A DNA stretch of 64,000 nt from Malacoraja senta (lineage: Eukaryota). The first letter of the stretch is position 1. The number at the start of each line of letters is the position of its first letter. This document shows positions 52,701-59,980 of this stretch, piece by piece. The notes beneath the pieces were generated by a model. The model worked only from the letters and a program-made list of their open reading frames with translations. It was not told the origin of the DNA and did not search any database. The DNA lies in contig JAXLNO010000320.1 in the NCBI GenBank assembly GCA_038087875.1, forward strand, positions 62,001 through 126,000, given 5' to 3'. The translations under genes were made by a program, and so were the position numbers.

Positions 52701-55700
52701 CCCCTTGAGCTCTATCTAACTCTCTTTTAAATTCATCCAGTGAATTGGCCTCTACTGCCTTCTGTGGCATAGAATTCCACAAATTCACAACTCTCTGGTT
52801 GATGAATCTTGTTCATTGGGATTGCTATAACTGAACTGCAGCTATATTGATCAATGCCAGCTGTCCATTGTTGAACTCAGTAGCATTTTGTGTGAAGTGC
52901 TGTGGCTGTGTGAGCTGCTGGACAGAAAGAGATCACTGGCAAGGTTTTAACTGGCACCAGCAAGGAATGTAGGATGTATGTATCTGTACTTCAAAAAACA
53001 CTGCTTGTATAGAGAGTTTTCCCTTTACGAATGTGTCAGACTGCAGTGTCAGCCTGCAAGGTTTCGTGCACCAAAACAACACTCTGGTAATACTAAACAA
53101 TTTGCTAGGTTAACGGTATCTCTGGTAATGTTTAGAGGAGTCAATTGGAAGCTAAAGTATAAATCAGCTGATCTTGGTTAACGGATTTTACCAAATCACA
53201 GAGTTCATATTACATGAGTAAAATGTATCACAGACAAAAATAATTAACCACAAGTGTAGCAATTGTTAGAAGATGTAATGTGTTGCAGGCCCCATAATAT
53301 TGCAATGATGTACTTTTAATTACTATTTCAACCATCTTTGAAAATCCATTTTTTTAATTACTCAGCTGAATGGTCCACTGGTCAGTGTCCATGCCTCTTT
53401 ATCTTCCTCTTCAGAAAGCTGGCCCAATTAATTCTGATGAATCTGGTGAGCAGCAAGTCTGCTCATGCCAAGCTGCCACGTTAGTGTTCTATAGGATTTC
53501 AGGAGAATTCAGATTTGTATTGTATTTTACAGACTGATAAAGATAAAAGCAGTTGAAACCGTAGCTAAATTTAGGATTTTATTGTCAGAAAACTATCTCC
53601 ATATTTACAAATCTATTTAACATTGCATTTTAAAGTTACTGTGCAACTTGATTAAATGGGTTTTTTTCCTTCCAGAATGCCAGTATGTTAACGTTGTTAT
53701 TATTTGAGTGTGAATGTGTATGTTTGCTGTGTGTACACAGATATATGAATGAATGAACTTCCTGGTGCCATTCAGAACCTTGCAGTGAGGCAGGAGCTTG
53801 GTGTGTGTGAATGAGAGAGCCAACAAGGGTCCTTCAGCTCACGCTCTTCATCCACCTATTGGTTGTTTCTCCTTTCTTTATGGTCATGTGGACACAGTTA
53901 CATTTACAGCAGTGCCAAGTTTTTACCAGAAAGCAACATCCACTCATAACCAAAAGCAACAATGTTGTACTGAGTATGGAATACTCTTTTGAAAGTATGG
54001 TTTCGGTGAAAGTAAGAGAAATTAGATTTTACACAAAAACTCACTTGCAATTTCCCAAATGCATAAAACCAGGAATTGCATTCATATATCTTACCAATGA
54101 GATCAGCCCATGGAAATCTTCGTGGTAAAAGTAAAACAAATTTATTTGGCCAGGTGCAAAGTCCTTCAGTTTGACCACAGGATTTGTGTCTATCTGTAAC
54201 TATAAGAAAGTCAAAGCAAATTGACTAGTTGATCATCATAGTAGCTATAATACCTATAGCTGGCAAAGACAGGCAGTATAATCAGGATACCTAAGGTTAA
54301 TTTTGTTCACTGGCTTCAGTTCTTTAATATATTTTTAAATATGTGTGCATTTGACAGATCATTTTCTGTCACATCATATTGCTTTGGAACAAAAACTTGT
54401 ATCTTATTCTAAATGGTAGTAAGATTGGATTTTTTTAGAAATAAAACTGTCTGTAAATGAAACCTTTTATAGGAACCACACATTTGCTTAGACTAAGGGT
54501 GCCATGATATTGAGAATATCTTTATATTCAGAGTTAACTGTTTTGTGAAATCGTTAATTGGTAACAGTGACTGTAATACAGTTTCACAAATTGTCAGAGA
54601 AGCTCTTGTATCTGTTCTGATTATGGAAATTAAATCGCTTTAGAATTTTGCAGCCAATATTTATGAGCTATTAACTTAAAGAATTTACTGTATTTAAATA
54701 TTTCTATTCACCAACACTACATCTGGTAGATGGATATTGTTTTCATTTTATTGCTATGCAATATTAGAAAGAGAATTATAACTCCGGAATATACACTGCA
54801 ATGTACCCAACCGATCTGTAAACATTGCCCTGAATATAAAAGTGTATAAAGCCCCTTTATAAACTTTCCAGAACATTATCCGGCAGGGCAATGTATTATA
54901 CTACTTTTATCCATCTTAAGACATCTCAATTATAGTTTGACTTTTAATTATTATTTTTTTCAAAATAGACTTTATTCAGGTAATAAATATATACAATACA
55001 TGAACAGTGCAAAAAATTCATCCGACATTTTCGGAGGCTATACAAATTATTCAATACAGTCTACATACATTGCTCAAATTTCACAAATTTATCCCCCAAC
55101 CTTGCCACTCATGTGGCCTACTGGCATGGGATCCCTTCCCTTATTTTGAGGGGCGTCTCCACCACACCCTGTCCCCCATGTCCAGCAGCAGAAGGACCCT
55201 AGACTGTGGTCTTCCCCCACCAAGCCTTGGTGTTGGCTGCACCGAGCTTCAGTGCGTCCCTCAGCACGTACTCCTGCAGTCTGCAGCGGGCCAGTCGGCA
55301 ACATTCCCCGACGGACATCTCGCTCCGGTGGGTGGTGAACAGCGCTCGGGCAGACCAAAGAGCGTCTTTCACCGAGTTGATGACCTTCCAGCAGCACTCG
55401 ATGTCAGTCTCTGAATGCGTCCCTGGGAACAGTCCGTAAATCACAGAGTCCTCTGTGACGGAGCTGTTCGGAATAAACTATGAGCTGTTGTGCTTGCAGC
55501 CAAATACTATGTAGCATCACCTGAATTGCACTGTGTCCAAATCCAAGGAGTGCACACAAGCCTTTGGCTGAGGCAGGCATGAGTGCTTTGTTTAAAGTAC
55601 AAGAGAGCCCATCCTTGGGATAGCTGGCACCGGCCATCATTAACCTCTGGTTGCCTGATCCAAGGGGCGGCAGTGGAAAGGTCACTGTGAGAGCAACTGG

Positions 55701-58150
55701 CTGGCCTGTCATGCAACCGCATGTTTGGGTGGAGTTGCCTGTGCACTTTGCCCCACATCCCATTAAGTACTTGTGCTGAAAAACAATTTGGAATCTCCCA
55801 GTTACACCACTGATAAGATATCCACAAATGCATGGGATCAGAACTGAAAGGTAAGTCTGCTTTTAAACAAGTGCACAATCAAATAAGATCAAATAGAACA
55901 AGGTGTCCTACAACTTTAGGCTGTGCATGTCATACGCAAGAAGAAGAAGACATGTTAGGCATTGTTTTTGTTAGGGCAGAAACAAGTTTATAAATCAGAA
56001 TACTTGTTGTAATTTGTGAATTACAGAAATTAAATTTGTTATTGTAATACATGCTTAAGTTGTGGCACCCTTAGTTCTAATATACATTTTGCATTGATCT
56101 GTTTATGTCTTCTGTGTAATATTTGGTATTGCTTTGTGGATACATTCATATTCCCTTTGCTCACCCCTCACCTTCAAACTCTTGTGAATCTTTGTCTTGC
56201 ATAGTTACCCTTACTATTACTATAGGTGAACATTTGCTTTGTTCCGTGGCCATGCAGCTTATCGCAGCCCAGCAGCTTTTTTAAATTATTTTATCACTCA
56301 ATTTTTAGCATGGATTTGGGTTTTCTAATGGTCTAGAGTGCATAGTTAGGTCAAGTATTATTTCTTACCTTGATTCAGATTTCAATTACTGCAAAGAGTT
56401 TAAAGGCAACATTGGAAAATGGTAGAAAATTAATTAGGAACCATTAAAAGCAAGCAACTGGAATTTTAGGTCCAGGCAAAAGTTGTCAAGCTTGCACCAC
56501 TGTCCTGATTAAAGGGTACTATTGGAATCTTCATATTTACAAACTATTCCTGAAAAGGGCTTCATTCTAGCTTACCTCAGACCAGTACCAGTGAGTTTTC
56601 ACTGGTTAGTGAGTTGTTTTAATTGAAATTGAGCAATTTTAACATGTGGCCTCCACATCAGGCTTGGAGGTTAACGCCACATGGACAGCACAAGCCTGAC
56701 TCATTCCAAACTTGTCCAAGTCTAAGCCATGAAACAGATTATAAGATATTGTAGAGGCATATTGTAGGTAGTGGTTGTATCACAATAGAGTTCTTAAAAT
56801 TAACAAGCACTCGTGACAGTTCAGAAACTCCAAATGCTGTATGTTATGTGACATTCAAATATTAATTGAGGATTTGAATGATGGCATGTACATTTGTGAT
56901 TTCTGTCAAGTTAATATAACTCTAGTACAAGTTTGTCCTATTTTGGCAATTTGTTCCCCAAGGCATTTTGTAGTCTTGTTCCCCAAGACTAGATTTAGGA
57001 ATCCAGCCAATTTTAAGAGGGGATAAACCTTTGGAAGAGCAAGCAAACTATTTCAAGTTACAAGTCAAATATTTATTAAATATTTGAGCTGTGGACTGAT
57101 GCACAGTGTAAATTTTCTCCATGTGAGGCTTTGCATTTGATCGCTGCCTAGCCCAACTGCAATGACACCAGTTTCCCCCATACTTAAAAAATTTCCTCCA
57201 TGCATCTTACTATTGACAGTGCAATAAGTGAACAATAAAACACACTGCATGCTCATGACTTGTTCATGCTTTTGCGAACCAGTTACGCCCCTCCCCTTCG
57301 ATGATACCTGTTGTAAAGCCTGACTCTGGACACAAGTGGGATGGAAGAGGGATACTTGTCTCCTTAAAATTTGCAATGTGTTGACTAAATTCCTGCACAC
57401 CAGCAAACAGTTCAGAATATTGACTGAGAATTCAGCGAGGAAGATTGACTCTTAAATTATTTAGGGAGAATTCTCATTGGCAATTAACAAAGTAAAACAA
57501 AAAGATAGCAGACTGCCGGAACATGGTGCAGTGATGGGCATGTTGCCCTCTGCATAACTACATTGGCTGGCTTGAAGGGCCGAATGGCCTACTCCTGCAC
57601 CTATTTTGCTATGTTTTTCTATGTTTTCTACTCACCGTAACCTAGCCTATAGTGAGAACATGCTAAATTTATTTTTTGGTAAAATCACTAATAATCCAAA
57701 GATGCAACATGCCCATGAATCAAATTTTAATGATTTAATTTAATTATGTAGTGGTGTTGCTTTTTAACCTATCCAATGAGACCAAATGCTAATCTATGCT
57801 TTGCCTTGGCTTTCTGCTCTGTGTTGTCTTGGTGTTCCGTCTTACTTTGTCTGTGCTGTTTGTTCTTTCCCCTTTTTTCTTAAACCTCCCCTCCCCATTG
57901 TCCACATTGACCTGACCCAACCCTGGTAAAACACTGACCCGTAATGTCATCAATCAACCAACCAACCCTCTCGCCGTGGTGATCTGCCCTCTGATTGGTG
58001 GCTCCGTTGCTGGGCTGGCTGTGTTGTGTGGACGAGCAGTTCACCCAAATATGGCCTTCTTGCTGACAGGTATCACTTCTGTGAGAAGTGCTTCAATGAG
58101 ATCCAAGGCGACAGTGTCACTCTGGGTGACGATCCTACCCAGCCACAAAC
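4602..58150 (+). CDS. crebbp: CREB-binding protein (CBP) histone acetyltransferase gene, partial (exons 3-20 span)
   Basis: 18 exons with splice sites and consistent phases (except exon 10) translate to CBP/p300 TAZ1, KIX, bromodomain and RING start. CBP-type residues as recalled: [43 protein letters not shown]. Many exon sizes equal the recalled human CREBBP sizes (177, 114, 103, 118, 125, 180, 119, 240, 89, 81). Confidence 0.93.
5118..5550 (+). mobile_element. HE1-type tRNA-derived SINE interrupted by a palindromic Penelope-derived mini-element (5298-5468)
   Basis: B-box-like ggattcaatcc, body gtgtggaatttgtacgctctccctgtgacc, tail gaagggcctgtttccatgctgtatct; insert flanked by 17-bp duplication aacatagaactagtgtg. 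Confidence 0.75.
6352..6450 (+). repeat. (CCTT/CTTT)n-like pyrimidine tract forming the exon 4 polypyrimidine tract
   Basis: About 100 nt almost entirely C/T directly before the exon 4 acceptor. Confidence 0.9.
6454..6703 (+). CDS. crebbp: crebbp exon 4 (TAZ1/CH1 zinc finger, first part)
   Basis: cccag|GTTCAG...CAGG|gtaagt; [62 protein letters not shown]. Confidence 0.96.
7135..7395 (-). mobile_element. HE1-type SINE
   Basis: gtttagagatacagcgtggaaac tail and caggattgaacccggatccctgg head; similar to 43250-43545. Confidence 0.7.
8566..8679 (+). CDS. crebbp: crebbp exon 5 (TAZ1 second part, 114 nt)
   Basis: cacag|TTGCT...CAGA|gtaagt; [38 protein letters not shown]. Confidence 0.97.
9009..9242 (+). 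CDS. crebbp: crebbp exon 6
   Basis: ttgcag|CCCTA...TTGG|gtaagt; contains [19 protein letters not shown]. Confidence 0.95.
9581..9780. other. Assembly gap (200 N)
   Basis: Run of n characters. Confidence 1.
10624..10726 (+). CDS. crebbp: crebbp exon 7 (103 nt)
   Basis: atcag|GTACG...CCAAA|gtaagg; [34 protein letters not shown]; phase 1 to 2 fits neighbouring exons. Confidence 0.9.
10780..12999 (+). mobile_element. Penelope-like retroelement remnant with ~1-kb inverted arms
   Basis: RT remnant ([42 protein letters not shown]) and GIY-YIG remnant ([17 protein letters not shown]). 10780-11815 is the reverse complement of ~12039-12962. Flanking duplication atgtaatttt(t)gga. Confidence 0.85.
12870..12897 (+). 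ncRNA. Minimal hammerhead ribozyme core motif in Penelope terminal repeat
   Basis: CUGAAGA-A-GGGUC-UC-GACCC-GAAA-C-GUU: CUGANGA and GAAA boxes flanking stem II. Confidence 0.6.
13270..13547 (+). mobile_element. HE1-type SINE body; its tail is the Tc1 insertion site
   Basis: cgggtgctgtctgtgtggaatttgcacattctccctgtgac body, similar to the 5118 copy. Confidence 0.6.
13548..15162 (+). mobile_element. Full-length Tc1 DNA transposon (DD34E), TA target duplication, ~200-bp TIRs
   Basis: TA|cagtggcttgcaaaagt...acttttgcaagccactg|TA; transposase 13925-14944 with [30 protein letters not shown]. Confidence 0.96.
13925..14944 (+). pseudogene. Tc1 transposase disrupted by a TAG and compensating +1/-1 indels
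   Basis: ORFs 13925-14428 and 14474-14944 share a frame; lesions confined to 14426-14470. Confidence 0.9.
16040..16174 (+). CDS. crebbp: crebbp exon 8 (KIX start)
   Basis: ttttag|CCAAA...AAACT|gtaagt; [22 protein letters not shown]. Confidence 0.96.
16276..16404 (+). mobile_element. Short Penelope-derived terminal-repeat element
   Basis: gtcacccattccttctctccagagatg...aaaccagcatctgcagttccttcttacac; same family as 12860-12999. Confidence 0.7.
16765..17270 (+). mobile_element. CR1 LINE ORF2 3' fragment
   Basis: [41 protein letters not shown]. Confidence 0.8.
17412..17529 (+). CDS. crebbp: crebbp exon 9 (KIX, 118 nt)
   Basis: cacag|AGTG...GTAGG|gtaagt; [39 protein letters not shown]. Confidence 0.97.
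17830..17975 (+). mobile_element. Short Penelope-derived element
   Basis: caaagtgctggagga...ctgaagaag..gaaatgtca...ctccagcactttgtg. Confidence 0.6.
18100..18294 (+). CDS. crebbp: crebbp exon 10 (KIX end); apparent 1-bp deletion near 18179-18182
   Basis: taag|GATGAA...CCCA|gtaagt; [27 protein letters not shown], then [12 protein letters not shown]...QPVRPP in a shifted frame. Confidence 0.92.
18619..19470 (+). mobile_element. Rex1/Babar-type non-LTR retrotransposon 3' fragment
   Basis: [58 protein letters not shown] C-terminus; aataaac plus cttga tail. Confidence 0.85.
19536..19598 (+). CDS. crebbp: crebbp exon 11 (63 nt, GC donor)
   Basis: ttttag|ATGGACCC...TCAAG|gcaagt; [22 protein letters not shown] resembles CBP NGPLSLPVNRMQVSQG. 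Confidence 0.85.
20281..20405 (+). CDS. crebbp: crebbp exon 12 (125 nt)
   Basis: tttcag|GTATG...CAACG|gtaatt; [42 protein letters not shown]. Confidence 0.9.
20423..20552 (+). mobile_element. Short Penelope-derived element with hammerhead core, 17 nt after the exon 12 donor
   Basis: ctgaagaagggtctcgacccgaaacagcacc...; gtaattac...ttttctg duplicated on both sides. Confidence 0.8.
22124..22610. mobile_element. Solo LTR (487 bp)
   Basis: TG...CA ends, 5-bp target duplication ctacc, internal aataaa. Confidence 0.8.
22830..23038 (+). mobile_element. Solo LTR (209 bp), related to the Gypsy LTRs at 32608 and 36677
   Basis: TG...CA ends, flanks ctcgg/ctcag; starts tgtagattggtta like the Gypsy 5' LTR. 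Confidence 0.75.
23129..23314 (+). CDS. crebbp: crebbp exon 13
   Basis: ttccag|ATGGGC...AATCAG|gtaatg; [16 protein letters not shown]...[11 protein letters not shown]. Confidence 0.92.
23765..24948 (-). mobile_element. Rex1-type LINE fragment with internal deletions
   Basis: [59 protein letters not shown]. Confidence 0.85.
26814..26930 (-). other. Candidate captured 117-nt phase 0-0 exon of an unidentified gene
   Basis: cacgtag|ATGAAC...GAATGT|gtgagg; [39 protein letters not shown]. Confidence 0.45.
27586..27920 (-). mobile_element. CR1 LINE 3' fragment inside the DNA transposon
   Basis: catagaaacatagaaaataggtgcagga tail; close to 60719-61060. Confidence 0.8.
28017..28259 (-). pseudogene. 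tdp2: Captured TDP2-like first coding exon (UBA-like N-terminal domain) with splice donor
   Basis: 81 open codons ending [31 protein letters not shown]|gtaggt, resembling recalled human TDP2 RRLLCVEFASVASCDAAVAQCFLAENDWEME; GC/CpG-rich like a first exon. Confidence 0.75.
31503..31928 (+). CDS. crebbp: crebbp exon 14 (P/T/Q-rich)
   Basis: ttgcag|ACACAG...ACTCCT|gtaagt; 142 codons, [12 protein letters not shown]...PPQPTTP. Confidence 0.9.
32283..32495. mobile_element. Short palindromic Penelope-derived element
   Basis: Fold-back around cccttcttcagactggagaaggg; flanking duplication ttttcaatatca. Confidence 0.65.
32608..36884 (+). mobile_element. Full-length Ty3/Gypsy LTR retrotransposon, degenerate gag-pol
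   Basis: LTRs 32608-32810 and 36677-36884 (TG..CA), PBS tggtgtcagaa, PPT ggggaagga, flanks aaaag/aaatg; Cys-rich gag knuckles, protease KLDTGA, RT IADD, RNaseH CDAS..YAQIEKE, integrase [12 protein letters not shown] in Gypsy order. Confidence 0.95.
36920..37185 (+). mobile_element. Rex1/L2-like 3' UTR fragment
   Basis: tgttatcaggcaactgaacc...gtacctcggtac..gacaataaact; same family as 4880-5100 and 22620-23080. Confidence 0.6.
37443..37622 (+). CDS. crebbp: crebbp exon 15 (180 nt)
   Basis: aaag|CTCTCA...ACCGAG|gtacag; [27 protein letters not shown]. Confidence 0.92.
38406..39270. mobile_element. Tc1-type MITE with a nested GC-rich insertion
   Basis: TA|cagtgccctccataatgttt...aaacattatggagggcactg|TA (perfect 20-bp TIR); insert at ~38476-39228 flanked by aatttga. 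Confidence 0.85.
39299..39500 (+). CDS. crebbp: crebbp exon 16 (acidic region before the bromodomain)
   Basis: ctgcag|AGTGAC...AAGT|gtaggt; LKEE...[13 protein letters not shown]...SPPQSRRK. Confidence 0.9.
39959..41553 (+). mobile_element. Full-length Tc1 transposon of a second family, degenerate transposase (40359-41345)
   Basis: TA|cagtgcattcagaaagtattcagacc...ggtctgaatactttctgaatgcactg|[34 protein letters not shown]; several stops and frameshifts. Confidence 0.93.
41639..41757 (+). CDS. crebbp: crebbp exon 17 (bromodomain start, 119 nt)
   Basis: gttag|TTTTC...TTCCT|gtgagt; [39 protein letters not shown]. Confidence 0.97.
43250..43545 (-). mobile_element. HE1-type SINE
   Basis: gtttagtttagagatacagtgcggaaacaggccctt tail; ...ctgctgcgccacc head. 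Confidence 0.75.
44235..47745 (+). mobile_element. 5'-truncated L1-clade LINE with uninterrupted ORF2 portion
   Basis: 12-bp duplication gacaatagataa (44223-44234 / 47746-47757); AATAAA at 47720. Confidence 0.92.
44309..47350 (+). CDS. L1 ORF2 reverse transcriptase (endonuclease mostly truncated)
   Basis: 1013 aa open: [56 protein letters not shown]-terminal CDKC..H....C. Confidence 0.92.
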   Translation: MPKNKSFWRFNSPILKDPQSSIYLKEQMEVFFQINDTPDISPTVLWESFKAYIRGIIISYQAFQNKKNKNEQRQLEELIRQMDIDNAKDPSIDKHNKIIILKFKLNKLLSAKLIRLFQITKQEHFEFGDKPHKPLARQLKKREKEHTIPKIKSDKGELLTTPKDINNRFAQFYENLYTSKTTIDSNNITKFLDTCNLPKLELKEQEELGAQISIKELEDTINSLKNGKTPGPDGFTNEFYKSFYDKIIPRLQKMYQYAFKKRILPDTLAESTITLIPKKNKDLGEPGSYRAIALLNTDQKILAKTLARRLSKYISKLINPDQTGFIPKRYSSNNMRRLLNIMHSHKSEDQELSIISLDAEKAFDHVEWNYMDKVLQKFQLGENFILWIKLLYNKPTARILTNNILSSKFQLSRGNRQGCSLSPQLFALIIEPLAEKIRIHPDIHGYNTKDSYNKISLYADDILLYITKPQITIPNILNLIEDFGSFSGYRINWNKSEIMSIKPKDSTHLLKFPFKIATEKCKYLGIEITRSYQGMFRANFDPLLNKLNTLIKFWKTLPMSLIGRINAIKMIFLPQILCLFQSIPIYLPKKFFKKLDSDITNFIWDYKSHRIQKTHLNKPKVLGGLALPNFMYYYWSVNIKNMIQLMDNSAQQVDWIVMEKEDCSSRNIGAILLSPMKLNNINYNKNPIIHSTIRIWKQIKQNLKLRNLSLLLPIVNNPSFNPSIIDKAYTQWDRLGIKTLGDLYETGKLLSFQQLQIKYKLGNNQYFKYFQICDYLKKYTKDHYNNPVDVLDEAMQIKAESANLISYLYNIILNVQIPPTEGIRRDWEQELAIKISKESWNEYLLNVHKCSINVRHTLIQFKILHRLYYSKTKIHKMFPNVSSICDKCQSQEATIAHSFVFCTKIQKFWKEIFEIFTKLFKTRLIPKAEWIIFSITEDGPELNVFQKKLMDYGLIIGKKLILKFWKKAPIPTINMWISNMFETLHLEEIRLLLGGKPDHFHLTWSAFIELLQT
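47746..48330. mobile_element. Nested CR1 fragments (minus-strand 3' end 47746-47965 inside a plus-strand RT fragment)
   Basis: aggtgcaggagtaggccattcggccc tail; [20 protein letters not shown] on the + strand continuing from ~44150-44222. Confidence 0.7.
49044..49283 (+). CDS. crebbp: crebbp exon 18 (bromodomain, 240 nt)
   Basis: tacag|GATTAT...CGAAAG|gtaagc; [30 protein letters not shown]...YCCGRK. Confidence 0.98.
50777..50865 (+). CDS. crebbp: crebbp exon 19 (RING region, 89 nt)
   Basis: ttttag|TATGAG...AACAG|gtaagg; [29 protein letters not shown]. Confidence 0.97.
51317..51900 (-). mobile_element. GC-rich non-autonomous retroelement
   Basis: Internal tandem subrepeats; terminal gcagccatcgt identical to the Rex1 5' end at 30934; minus-strand aataaa at the left end. 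Confidence 0.55.
52574..52800 (-). mobile_element. CR1 LINE 3' fragment
   Basis: gaaacatagaaacatagaaa tail; similar to 60719. Confidence 0.75.
54955..55480 (-). mobile_element. Tx1-clade LINE ORF2 3' fragment
   Basis: [58 protein letters not shown], then 3' UTR with aataaa. Confidence 0.75.
57787..58039 (+). promoter_or_regulatory. Distant branch point, polypyrimidine tract and AG-exclusion zone upstream of exon 20
   Basis: tgctaat at 57787-57793, then a pyrimidine-rich tract to about 57900; no AG from 57781 to 58034. Confidence 0.7.
58070..58150 (+). CDS. crebbp: crebbp exon 20 (81 nt; alternative upstream acceptor at 58040)
   Basis: gacag|GTATCAC...CAAAC|gtaagt; [28 protein letters not shown]. 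Confidence 0.96.
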
Positions 58151-58249
58151 GTAAGTAGCACTTTCATTTATTTCTGTGTGTTGCCATTTCCTTTGTGGAA
58201 TTGAATTAATGATGATGACCTTGATTGTTTATTCTTCATATTTTGAAAC

Positions 58250-58980
58250 AAACAACTTCTCCCTGCTCCCGTCCAGCAGAAGGTACAGAAGCTTGAAAGC
58301 GCACACCATCAGACTCGAGAACAACTTCTCACCCTCTAATATCAGGCTTTTGAAGGATCATTTCATAAACTAGAGTACTGTTCGATTCACCTCTACCCCA
58401 CTGAGGACTTTGTACTTTGTCTCTGGAACTGGTGCGGTACAATACTGAGAACTATATTTTGCACTGCATCTTCCCCTTTGTTCTATCTATTGTACGTGAG
58501 TTTGACGATTGTATTTATGCATGGTATATCTGATCTGTTTGGATAGCATGCAAAGCGGGGGGCGGAATCTCATTGAAATCTATCAAATAATGAAGAGCCT
58601 ACATAGATTGGATGTGGAAAGGATGTTTCCATTAGTGGGAGAGTCGACGACCAGAGGGACAGACTCAGAATAAAAGGACATACCTTTAGAATGGAGATGA
58701 GGAATATCTGTAGCCGGAGGGTGGTAAATCCGTCAAATTCATTGTCTCAGTCAGGGCTGGGGGCCAAGTCATTGGGTATGTTTAAAGCGGAGATTGATAG
58801 ATTCTTGATTAGTAAAGGCGTCGAAGCTTATGGGAGAAGCAGGAGAATGGGGTTGAGAGGGGAAAAATACATCCGCCATGATCGAATGGCGGAGCAGACT
58901 CGAGCCGAATGTCCTAATTCAGCTCCCATGTCTTATGATCTTTTCACTGTACCTTGGTACATGTGACAATAATAAACTTA
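58250..58980 (+). mobile_element. Rex1-like 3' fragment with a nested CR1 3' fragment (58560-58940)
   Basis: FSLLPSSRRYRSLKAHTIRLENNFSP; CR1-type RRVVNP.NSL..FKAEIDRFL. Confidence 0.65.
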
Positions 58981-59114
58981 TATCTAAAATATATCCTGAC
59001 TGAGCACTTGTTTTCCCAAATAACACCTGCATATTTTTGGAACCTTTGCCTGAGATGAATAAAAACGAAATGCTGGCAAGAACTTTTACATTGAAACTCT
59101 CACCCTTTTGAGAA

Positions 59115-59980
59115 ATAGAGTCATAGATTCATAGGGTCATACAGCAAGGAAATAGGCCCTTTGATCCACCTCATCCATGCCAAATGCACCATCTAAGGTA
59201 GTCCCATTTGCCTATATTTGGCCCATATCCCTCTAAACCTTTCCTATTCATGTGCCTGTCCAGTGTCTTTTAAATGTTGTTATAGTACCTGCCTCACCTA
59301 CCTCCTCTGACAGCTCGTTCCATATACCCACCATCCTCTGAGTGAAAAAGTTGCCCCTCTTGTTCATATTAAATCTTGCCCCTCTCACCTTAAGCATATG
59401 TCCTCTTTGTTTTTGATTCCCTTACACTATGTAAAAGACTGCATTCATCCTATCCCCCTCATAATTTGACACACCTCTGTAAGATCATCCCTCAGCTTCT
59501 TCAGCTCCAAAGAATAAAGTCCTAGGTTGCTTAACCTCTGTAAAGGTTGAACCTCTCCCTATAGCTCAGGCACTCAAATCCTGGCAACATCCTCATAATT
59601 CTTCTCTGCATTCTTTCCAGCTTAATGACATCCTCCCTACAGCTCAGTTCAGGTGACCAAAACTGAACATAGTACTTGAAGTGTGGTCTCCCCAATATCT
59701 TGCACAACTGTTATGTAACAACTCCTATACTCAGTAAGATGGACACAAAATGCTGGAGTAACTCAGCGGGACAGGCAGTGTCTCTGGAGAGAAGGAATAG
59801 GTGACGTTTTGGGTCGAGACCCTTCTTCAGACTGAGATGCCTGTCCTGCTGAGTTATTCCAGCATTTTGTGTCTATCTTTGGTTTAAACCAGCATCTGCA
59901 GTTCCTTCCTCAGCTCAGTATCCTGACTGATGAAAGCCAATGTACCAATAGCCTTCTTGACTATCTACCTACCAGTGACA
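59115..59980 (-). mobile_element. CR1 fragment with a nested palindromic Penelope-derived element (59738-59910)
   Basis: tagagtcatag tail and CR1 ORF2 remnants; insert flanked by ctcagta. Confidence 0.65.

Noticed and set aside
4602..58150. Assignment as ep300
   Set aside because: Exon 3, 11, 12, 15 and 19 peptides and bromodomain residues (KNPM, KLAEV, YEFSPQ) match recalled CREBBP better, although a few positions (VYKYC, FNEIQ) are p300-like.
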